This document shows positions 14,901-24,378 of a stretch of 64,000 nucleotides of DNA, in pieces. Each line of letters begins with the position of its first letter. The first letter of the stretch is position 1. The notes beneath the pieces were generated by a model, which was given only the letters and a program-made list of their open reading frames with translations, had not been told where the DNA came from and searched no databases. The DNA is from Isurus oxyrinchus. Lineage: Eukaryota. The DNA lies in the NCBI GenBank assembly GCA_026770705.1, contig JANJGN010000016.1:97092001-97156000 (forward strand). Reading direction: 5' to 3'. The position numbers were made by a program, and so were the translations under genes.

Positions 14901-17900
14901 ATGTAACAGTGAGGGTACACAGAGAGTGCAGTGCAGAGTGGATACACAGAGTACAGAGTGGGTACACAGAATGCAGTACAGAGTGGGTACACTGAGTACA
15001 ATACAGAGTGGGTTCACAGCAGTACAGTACAGAGTGGGTACACTGAGTACAATACAGAGTGGGTACACAGCAGTACAGAGTGAGCATATTGAGAGTTCAG
15101 TACAAAGTGGGTACACAGAGAACAGTAGTGGTTACACATAGTACAGTACAGAGTGAGTACACAGGGTACAGTACAGTGTGGGTACAATGAGGAGACTAGT
15201 GGGTACACAAAGTACATTGCAGAGTGGGTACACAGAGTACAGCACAGAGTGTGTACACAGTACAGTACAGCGTAAGCACACTGACAGTACAGTATATAGT
15301 GGGTACATAGATTAAAGGACAGAGTGGATACACAGAGTAAAATACAGCATGGGTACACAGAGTATAGTACAGAGTGGGTACACTGAGTACAGTACAGAGT
15401 GGGTGCACAGTACAGTACAGAGTGGGTGCACAGTACAGTACAGAGTGGGTGCACAGTGCAGTACAGAGTCGGTGCACAGAGTATAGTACAGAGTGGGTAC
15501 ACTGAGTACAGTACAGAGTGGGTACACTGAGTACAGTACAGAGTGGGTGCACAGTACAGTACAGAGTGGGTGCACAGTACAGTACAGAGTGGGTGCACAG
15601 TGCAGTACAGAGTCGGTGCACAGAGTATAGTACAGAGTGGGTACACTGAGTACAGTACAGAGTGTGTACACAGCAGTACAGAGTGGGCATATTGAGAGTA
15701 CAATACAAAGTGGGTACACAGAGAACAGTAGAGTGGTTACACAGAGTATAGTAGTGGGTACACAGAGTACAGTACAGAGTGGGTGCACAGAGTACAGTAC
15801 AGAGTCGGTGCACAGAGTACCATAAAGAGTGGGTACACAGAGTAAAGGACGGAATGGGTACACAGAATAAAGGACGGAGTGGGTACACAGAGCATAGTTG
15901 AGAGTTGTTATAAAGTGTATAGTACAGAGTGTGTGCACAGAGTACAGTACAGAGTGGGTATACTGAGAGTACAGTAGATTGGGTACACTGAGAGTATGTA
16001 ACAGGGTGGGTATACTGAGAGCATGTAATAGTGTGTGTACACTGAGAGCATGTAACAGAGTGGGTACACAGAGAGTGCAGTGCAGAGTGGATGCACAGAG
16101 TACAGAGTGGGTATACAGTAGACAGTACAGAGTGGGTACACAGCAGTACAAAGTGAGCATATTGAGAGTACAGTACAAAGTGGGTACACAGAGAACTATA
16201 GTGGTTACACAGAGTACAGTACAGATTGGGTACACAGGGTACACTGCAGAGCCGGTACACTGAGTACACTAGTGGGTACACAGAGCGCATTACAGAGTAG
16301 GTACACAGAATATAGTACAGACAGGATACACAGAGTACAGTACAAAGTGGGTACACTGAGTACGATACAGAGTGGGTACACAGCAGTACAGAATGAGCAT
16401 ATTGAGAGTACAGTACAAAGTGGGTACACAGAGAACAGTAGTGGTTACACAGAGTACAGTACAGAGTGAGTACACAGGGTACAGTACAGAGTGGGTACAC
16501 TGAGTAGACTAGTGGGTACACAAAGCACATTACAGAGTGGGTACACAGAGTACAGCACAGAGTGTGTACACAGTACAGTACAGCATAGGCACACTGACAG
16601 TACAGTATAGAGTGGATACACAGAGTATAATACAACGTGGGTACACAGAGTATAGCAGAGATTTGGTACACAGCGTATGGTACAGAGTGGGTTCACTGAG
16701 AGTATGTAACAGAGTGGGTACACTGAGAGCATGTAAGAGAGTGTGTACACTGAGTACAGTACAGAGTGGGTACACAGTACAGTACAGATTGGATGCACAT
16801 AGTACAGTACAGAGTGGGTACACTGCAGTACAGTACAGAGTGGGTACACTGCAGTACAGAGTGAGCATATTGAGAATACAGTACAAAGTGGATACACAGA
16901 GAACAGTAGTGGTTACACAGAGTACAGTAGAGTGTGTACACAGGGTACAGTACAGAGTGGGTACACAGCAGTACGGAGTGGGCATATTGTGTGAACAGTA
17001 CAAAGTGGGTACAGAGAGAACAGTAGTGGTTACACAGAGTACAGTACAGAGTGGGTACACTGAATACAGTACAGAGTGGGTACACAGCATTACAGAGTGG
17101 GCATATTGAGAGTACAGTACAAAGTGGGTACGCAGAGTATAATAGTGGGTACACAGAGTACAGTACAGAGTGGGTACACAAAGTACAGTACAGAGTGGGT
17201 ACACAGAGTAAAGGACGGAGTGGGTATACAGAGTAAAGGACAGCGTGGGTACACAGAGCATAGTAGAGAGTTGGTATAAAGGGTATAGTACAATGTGGGT
17301 ACACAGAGTACAGTACAGAGTGGGTATACTGAGAGTACAGTAGATTGGTACACTGAGAGCATGTAACAGAGTGGGTACACAGAGAGTGCAGTGCAGAGTG
17401 GATACACAGAGTACAGAGTGGGTACACAGAATACAGTACAGAGTGGGTACACAGAATATTGTACAGAGTGGGTACACAGAGTACAGTATAGAATGGGTAC
17501 ACTGAGTACAATACAGAGTTGGTACACAGCAGTACAGAGTGAGCATATTGAGAGTAGTGTACAAAGTGGGTACACAGAGAACAGTAGTGGTTACACAGAG
17601 TACAGTACAGAGTGAGTGCACAGGGTACAGTACAGATTGGGTACACTGAGGAGACTAATGGGTACACAAAGTACATTACAGAGTGGGTACACAGAGTACA
17701 GCACAGAGTGTGTACACTGTGCAGTACAGCGTAGGCACACTGACATTACAGTATATAGTGGGTACACCGTTTAAAGGACAAAGTGGATACACAGAGTATA
17801 ATACAGCGTGTGTACATAGAGTATAGTATAGGGTGGGTTCACTGAGAGTATGTAAGAGAGTGGGTACACTGAGTACAGTACAGAGTGGGTACTCAGTACA

Positions 17901-18991
17901 GTACAGAGTGGGTGCACAGTACAGTACAGAGTGGGTGCACAGAGTATAGTACAGAGTGGGTACACTGAGTACAGTACGGAGTCTGTACACAGCAGTACAG
18001 AGTGGGCATAATGAGAGTACAGTACAAAGTGGGTACACAGAGAACAGTAGTGTGGGTACACTGAGTATAGTAGTGGGTACACAGAGTACAGTACAGAGTG
18101 GGTGCACAGAGTACAGTACAGAGTCGGTGCACAGAGTGCGTACACAGAGTATAGGATGGAGTGGGTACACAGAATAAAGGACGGAGTGGGTACACAGAAT
18201 AAAGGACGGAGTGGGTACACAGAGCAGAGTTAGAGAGTTGGTATAAAGAGAATAGTTCATAGTGGGTACACAGAGTACAGTACAGAGTGGGTATACTGAG
18301 AGTACAGTAGATTGGGTACACAGAGTATGTAACAGGGTGGGTATACTGAGAGCATGTAACAGTGTGGGTACACTGAGAGCATGTAACAGAGTGGGTACAC
18401 AGAGAGTGCAGTGCAGTGTGGTTACACAGAGTACAGAGTGCGTACACAGAATATAGTACAGAGTGGGTACACAGAGTACTGTACAGAGTGGGTACACTGA
18501 GAGTATAGTACAGAGTGGGTACACTGAATATAGTACAGAATGGGTACACTGAGTGCAGTACAATGTAGGAATACTGAGTATAGTACAGAGTGGGTACAGT
18601 GAGCGTACAGCACAAAGTGGTACACAGAATACAGTATAGAGTGGGTACACTGAGAGTACAAAGCAGAGTGGGTACACAGAGTACACTGAGGTAGAGGGAG
18701 AGTGCAGTGTTAGCACAGGGTGATTACAAGGAGATCACTGGGAGTGTACAGTAGATGTACAGCGAGAGTTCACAAAATGTACACTGAAAATGCAGTGAGA
18801 TTACAATGAATTAAGCACAGGAAGGGAATACTGACAGTACACTGAGTATATACTGAGCACACAGAGCACAGGGAGAATACCAGGAAATTTCAAGGAAAGT
18901 ACATACACAAGGAGTAGAGAGGAAAGAAGCATATTACAAGGACAGTACATGCAGAGAAAATACAATTTGAAATCCAGAATACAGCGCCTAC

Positions 18992-19111
18992 CTTGGTTGC
19001 AGGTTAAGACAATAACATAGTTCTCCACCATGGCCTGAGGTGCAATCCACTCAAGCACAGCTTCTGTGGGAGTCATGTTTACAACCTGCACGGCAAGTGG
19101 CTTGTCCATTG
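18992..19111 (-). CDS. TNR: Internal 120-bp exon encoding the N-terminal half of a fibronectin type III domain, tenascin-R-like
   Basis: Minus strand reads acceptor ctttccag|CA ATG GAC, peptide (A)[39 protein letters not shown], donor CAAG|gtaggc. Length 120 nt, phase 1 at both ends, as in the split FNIII exons of tenascins. The peptide resembles my recollection of the penultimate FNIII of tenascin-R (AMD.P...NITPTEALLQW.AP...VENYVIVLT). Paralog assignment is from memory. Confidence 0.8.
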
Positions 19112-19308
19112 CTGGAAAGGTATTGGGAATAGGATCAGTCACAAAGCCTTAATTTGAGCCAGCATCTCTCACTCTCCATCATCTTCAATACATGGTGGAA
19201 CCAATGAGGTATAAATCTATTTTAGATTTAATATTATTTTCAACCTGGTATTGTACATTGAGGCAGCGTTAATTAGTAATCTCATAGCATTGGGAAATAG
19301 TAATCATA

Positions 19309-19422
19309 GGGCTGCAGCAGTTCAAGAAGGCAGCTCACCGCCACCTTCTCAAGGGCAATTAGGGATGGGCAATAAGTGCTGGCCCAGCCAGCGAAGCCCA
19401 CATCCCATGCATGAATAAAAAA
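19309..19422 (+). mobile_element. Short 3'-terminal fragment of another non-LTR retroelement (CR1/L2-type tail) inserted in the CR1
   Basis: GCAGCAGTTCAAGAAGGCAGCTCACC...GGGATGGGCAATAAGTGCTGGCCCAGCCAGCG...ATGAATAAAAAA with an A-rich end. It interrupts the CR1 frame just after LGNSNH. Confidence 0.7.
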
Positions 19423-19952
19423 TATGTCATTGTTAAGTTTGAAAGTGACTTATTCCAGTCCCAATTGGGAATCTTAAGCTTGAACAAAGCCAATTACATA
19501 GGTTTGAGGGAAGAACTGGCTAAGGTTAATTGGATAAATAGACTAAATACATGGTGGTAAATAAATAGTGGGAAATATTTAAAGAAACAATTCAAAATAT
19601 TCAACAAAATTACATACCATTGAAAAACAAAACTTAAATAAGAGAGACTCGTCCGTGTCTCACTCAGGAACTGCAGGATAGTATTAGATTAAAAAGACAG
19701 GCTGACAATGTGGTAAAGAATTGTGAATACTCTGAGGATTGAGAGAGTTTTAGAAATCAGCAAAGGGCCATCAAAAAGTTGATAAAAAGGGAAAGTAAAT
19801 AGAACATGGGTGTAAACTAGCCAGGAATATAAAAACAGATTGGAAGAGCTTTCCAAGTATATAAAAAGGAAGAGAGTATCTAAAATAAATGTTGATCCCT
19901 TAGAGACAGAAATAAGGGAAATTATCATGGGGAACAAGGAAATGGAGGCATT

Positions 19953-20874
19953 TGTTATGAACACTAAACGCTGTGAGATAGTTTTCATTTTATTGGAATG
20001 GGGGAGAATGATGGAGTTGTCCTGATCTCTGCCTGGCAACAGGCCCATTAAACCTGGTTGCCATAGCGACAGGGAACCCAGGTCAAGCCCTAATGAGAGT
20101 CAGATGTGAGCTTAAACACCTGGGCATAAAGAAAGAGGCAGCTGGCCTTACTGCTGCAAAGGCTAACATACTCTCAGAGCCAAAGAGACCAAAGGATCTG
20201 GGGGAAAAGACCCACAACAGCTGCTGCTATGCCAAGCAGAAGAAAAGGGCTTATTTTTGGGTTACATACAGTACAGAGTGGGTACACATAGTACAGTACA
20301 GAGTGGGTATACTGAGTACAGTAGTGTGGGTATACTGAGTAAAGTACAGAGTGGGTACAGTGAGAGCACACTGCAGAGTGGGCATTGCATTGTCCTTTCG
20401 GCTGGTGAGGACAGAACTCTGTTCAAGAAAACATGGATGGTGAAAAGTCAGACACCACAAATCACCAGAGAGAACCTTGCCTTGGGGAATTTATTTGATT
20501 ATGCTCAAAGGATGAGTGAAGGAAACTTGCTTCAAAAGGACACTGTAATTTTCACTTTGGTGAAGCAGAGACAGGATCTTGTTAACACTGGGAGGAGGTA
20601 GATATTAAACTTAAGATTCCACGTCAATGGAGAGTGTATTCTAATGTATAAACACAGTGTGGGATTTTCAGTAATGTTAAGAAGTTAAAGGAGGGGTACC
20701 TTTTCTGTAGTGTATCAGTTGTCTATTAAGTAATGTTTAATCAGCGTTGATTTTCACTATTGTGTTACAGTAAAAGTCTTAAAACTTGAAATCTTGTCAT
20801 GTAATCCTCTCAGTTGATCACTAGAAAATTCATATCTCTTTTTGAAGTTATCAGTCTCTATGGGGAACATAACA
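19953..20874. mobile_element. Solo LTR (922 bp), Gypsy/ERV-type
   Basis: Terminal inverted repeats TGTTATG...CATAACA and a perfect 4-bp TSD CATT (19949-19952, 20875-20878). Removing it restores the CR1 peptide EMEALNKYF. Confidence 0.88.
20259..20385. repeat. About 5 monomers of satellite 1 embedded in the solo LTR
   Basis: TACAGTACAGAGTGGGTACACATAGTACAGTACAGAGTGGGTATACTGAGTACAG..., same orientation as the main array. Confidence 0.9.
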
Positions 20875-20975
20875 CATTGAACAAATATTTTATGGCCATT
20901 TTCATGGTACAAGATATAAATTTCATGTTAAAAATAGATGACAACCAGAAGAGTGAGGAACTTAAAGTAATTAAT

Positions 20976-21147
20976 CTTTGAGTATCACTGAGAAAAGCCA
21001 TATGTTGTCAAAGCTTCTTGTCTTGCAATCGTCAGGACAATTTGCAAGAATACCAAATTGAACAGGAACAACAATCCCTACTTCATGAGAAGAGAGTGCT
21101 GATTCATTGTTAAGAGGACTTTGATTGGTAGCTGATGACTAGTTAAC
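20976..21147 (-). mobile_element. Probable Penelope-like terminal fragment with a decayed hammerhead motif, inserted in the CR1
   Basis: Interrupts the CR1 peptide LKVIN|ISREK. Minus strand 21040-21005 reads TTGTC-CTGACGA-ttgcaagac-aagAAGCTTt-GACAA: 5-bp stem I, intact CUGANGA box, AAGCUU palindrome, mutated GAAA. Confidence 0.55.
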
Positions 21148-22234
21148 ATTAGCAGAGAAAAAAAAGCTAGTGGAAGAACTAAAATCCAAAAGACCACGAG
21201 GACTTGATAGCCTACAGTGTTCTAAAATAGATAGCAGGAAGAAACAGTGGATGACTATGGTTTTTCAGAATTCCCTGGAATCTAGAGCAGTCCCTGTGGA
21301 TTGGAAGTTAGCAAATGTAACAGTGCTATTCAAGAAAGGAGGGAGAGAGAAAATAGGGAACAACAGGCCAGTTAGCCTGCCATCAGTCATTGGGAATTTG
21401 TTGGAATCTATTACTAAGTCTTAACAGTGCACTTAGAAACTCCTAATGCAATCAGACAAAATCAACATGGTTTTACCAAAAGGCAAATTGTGTTTGCCAA
21501 ATTTATTAGGGTTTTTTGAGGATGTAACTAATAGGGTAGATAAAGGGGAACCAGCAGATGTAGTATACTTGGATTTTCAAAAGGCATTTTATAAGGTGCC
21601 ACACTAAAGATTAATACACAAGATAAGTGGTCATAGAGTTGACGATGATACATTATCATGCATAAAGAATTAGTTAATGGACAGAAAGCAGACATTAGGG
21701 ATAAAGAGGGCATTTAAAAGATGGCAGACTATGATGAGTGGAGTGCCACAAGGGTCAGTGCTGGCATGTCAGCTAGTTACAATCAATATTAATGACTTAG
21801 ATGTAAATACAGAATGTAATGTATCTAAAGTTGCTGATGATACCAAGCTAAGTGGAAAGGTCAGCTGTGGAGAGGACACAGAGAGGGTGTAAAGAGATAT
21901 AGTCAGGTTAGGTGAGTAAGCAGCAAGATGGCAGATGGGGTATAATGTGGGGAAGTGTGAAGTTATCCATTTTGGTCATATGAAAAGAGAAGCAGGATTT
22001 TTGTTAAAAGGTGAGAATCTTGGGTGGACTCACGTAAGGAACACAGAAAGTTAGTATGTAGGTACAGCAAGGAATTAGGAAGGCAAATGGTATGTTGGTC
22101 TTTATTGCTCATGTACCGGAGTACAAGAATAAAGAAGTCTTGCTACAAATGTACAGGGTTTTGGTGAGACCACATCTGGAGTAATGTGCAGTTTTGCTCT
22201 CCATATCTACAGGAGGGTATACTTGCATTACAAG

Positions 22235-22509
22235 TGTTGTAAGTAATTGACGAAGGTCGATAGGTCTTATTAAGGTATACATAGTCTTAGGTAGTTCAAC
22301 AGTAAGTACTAATTAACTATTAGAAACTATATAACAGATACCGCAAAGGTCCAAACTAGGAGCTCTCTCCATGCTTGATTCTGCACACAGATCTGTCCAA
22401 CACTACACTGACCCCTAGGTGTGGGTCATGTGTTCTCTTACATCACTGTGTGGGCGATACTGTACTCAGTACCATGTTAGCCCTTTATGTGCCTGATCTT
22501 TATAATACA
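22235..22509 (-). mobile_element. Probable short solo LTR (~275 bp) inserted in the CR1 3' region
   Basis: TGTTGTAA...TTATAATACA termini (TG...CA). CR1 sequence resumes on both sides (ACTTGCATT... / ...AAGGTTCACTAGA). TSD is not clean (CAAG vs GGAG); strand is tentative. Confidence 0.55.
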
Positions 22510-23019
22510 GGAGTAAGTACTGCAAAGGTTCACTAGATTGGTCCATGGGATGAGGCAGTTGTCCTGAGAGGCTGAGTATTGTGGGCCTATATTATCCAGA
22601 GTTACAAAGAATGAGAGGCGATCTCATCTCTAGAACACAGGGGCACAGTCTAAAGGCAAGTCATTTAGGATGGAGATGAGGAGAAATTTCTTCACTAAGG
22701 AGGTTGTGAATCTTTGGAGTTCTCTATCCCAGAGGACTGTGGATGCTCCATCATTGAATATATTTACGAATGGGAGAGAGGGATTTTAGTCTCTCAGGGA
22801 ACCAAGGGATATGGGAAATGGGAGGGAGAGTGGAGTTGAGGCCAAACATCAGCCATGCTGGTATTGGATGGCGGAGCAGGCATGGATGTGCCATGTGACC
22901 TACTCCTGCTCCTTTTTCCTAATGTTCTTACCATCATTATCATCAGTCTCTCCATCGTTACCACTGTCATCATCTCACACTGCCTGAGGGAAAGCCAGTG
23001 AGGGACCAGTGCCAGACAC

Positions 23020-23433
23020 ATAGAGGTAAAACCAGGCGGGGAGTCAGAGTGCGCAGAGAGGGAAAAAGGATGATAGTGCATCATTGCTGGAAAGCAGTAA
23101 GTGATTGGTTGGTGAGTATTTCTCCTTTTCTTTTTCTAGCACATAGTAGATCATGGATGGGTATCTGAGACCCGTTTGCAATTCCTGTGCCGTGTGGGAT
23201 TTTTCAGGACACTTCACGTATCTTGGGTGACAACGTGTGTAGGAAGTTCCAGCTCGAGCTCAGGATTTCCCAGTTTGAGGGGCGATGGAGTCACTGCCGA
23301 GGGAGGATGAGACTTTACTGAATCTCATAAACATTGAGAGTTCAGGGTAGTAGATGGATGGCCAACAGGGAGAATAGGAAGAGGCAGGAAGTGTAGGAAT
23401 CTGTGAGATGTGTGTCAGTCTCATATTAATACT
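23020..23433 (+). mobile_element. 5' UTR and start of ORF1 of a second CR1 LINE, interrupted by the ERV
   Basis: GTAAGTGATTGGTTGGTGAGTATT leader, then MDGYLRPVCNSCAVWD (CxxC zinc finger) and a LELRISQFE coiled-coil remnant typical of CR1 ORF1. Confidence 0.65.
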
Positions 23434-24018
23434 TGTGGAGGAATAAAATACATGTATAATTGTGAATGAAATAAACTACATGTATAATTGGAAAGGAAAT
23501 TAAAACACATGTATAATGAAATTACTGTAGAATGTCCCCAAACAGTCACGCAGCCAGCACATAAATTAGCAAATCAAAGGCCAGTGCTATCTTCCCAGAC
23601 TAAGGGGCTCCGGATGTCAGATACGGTTGCAAAATCCAAGAGAAAAAAAACTAATGTGTGTGCATTGCCCAAGATATCTAGCCATTAACATTATCTATTT
23701 GCTGAACATCGATTTGCTGAACCATCGACATTGTCCTATTTCCTGAACCATCGACATTGTCCTGTCTATTTGCTAAACCATTGACATTGTCCTGTCTAAT
23801 CGTTAAATCATTAACACTGATCGCTATCCTGAAACTATTGTAATTGCCCAAGTTTCTGTCACGAACCATTTGCTATATCTATGTGTGTAAAGAGGTGTTA
23901 GTCAGAGACTGGTTCACTCCGTTGTATGCGACTAGGCTCTCCATGATATCACAATTTTAATAAAGACTTCCCAGACAAGTCTCCAGGGTCTGAGTGTTCA
24001 CTCCGTTTTTCCGCGACA
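23434..24018 (+). repeat. ERV 5' LTR (585 bp)
   Basis: TGTGGAGGAA...TTCCGCGACA termini, AATAAA at 23959-23964, PBS 2 nt downstream. The first ~257 bp match 32555-32813 at roughly 94-95% by eye. Confidence 0.9.
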
Positions 24019-24020
24019 GA

Positions 24021-24038
24021 TGGCGACGAAGGTGGGAT
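24021..24038 (+). promoter_or_regulatory. Primer binding site complementary to the 3' end of tRNA-Ser(GCU)
   Basis: TGGCGACGAAGGTGGGAT; its reverse complement ATCCCACCTTCGTCGCCA matches the vertebrate tRNA-Ser(GCT) 3' end plus CCA as I recall it. Confidence 0.85.
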
Positions 24039-24378
24039 CCGACTGAAGTCCTGTGGCCTCTTAAGTTGGAGAGGTACCCTCTTAAATTGGAGAGGTAATT
24101 GAAAACCTGGACCGTCGGATCTCTGAAAAAGAACCCTCGCGGAGAAAGGGAGAGACTCTCCTAAGTTGGGGAGAGTACGAACTTCATCCTAGCTGAGAAG
24201 TGAAAGGGGGACGAAAAGCATCCTAGCTGAAAGGAAAAGTGCTTGAAAAAGGGTAGCTTACTGACCAGACTCAAAAAAACCCCAAGGAACTGGAGGACTT
24301 GTTAAGGAACTCTTACACCAGTGAGCGCATAGGGTAGGAAATGCGCTGCGCTGTTAATTGTATTTTCTTTTCAGAAAA

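Larger units (their letters stand above)
1..18700. repeat. Satellite/minisatellite array 1, ~25-bp monomer GAGTACAGTACAGAGTGGGTACACA (20-27 bp variants); continues beyond window start
   Basis: Continuous tandem copies of AGAGTGGGTACAC and AGTACAGTAC motifs, with recurring variant monomers (GGGCATATTG, GTAAAGGAC, GCATGTAAC). Degenerates into unique sequence at about 18.7-18.95 kb. Confidence 0.97.
19185..22930 (+). mobile_element. Decayed 5'-truncated CR1 LINE (end of APE endonuclease, RT, 3' tail) with four nested insertions
   Basis: Broken ORF2 motifs: QYMVEPMR..ILDLIL, LGNSNH, LNKANYIGLREELAKVNW, PVDWKLANVTVLFKKGGR, RPVSLPSV, YLDFQKAF, SGVPQGSVL, ADDTKL. 3' tail GGCGGAGCAGG...CCTACTCCTGCTCCT...ATGTTCTTA. 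Confidence 0.9.

Noticed and set aside
1-18716. Dozens of overlapping 60-490 aa ORFs rich in C/T/V/L/Y/S
   Set aside because: They are translations of the 25-bp tandem repeat in stop-poor frames, with no domain structure or splice evidence.
18801-19142. 113-aa ORF as a complete gene
   Set aside because: Only 18992-19111 is FNIII-like and bounded by splice sites; the rest is intron read-through.
22457-22471. ATACTGTACTCAGTA in the small LTR resembles the reverse complement of satellite 1
   Set aside because: A single ~13-bp low-complexity match is compatible with chance.
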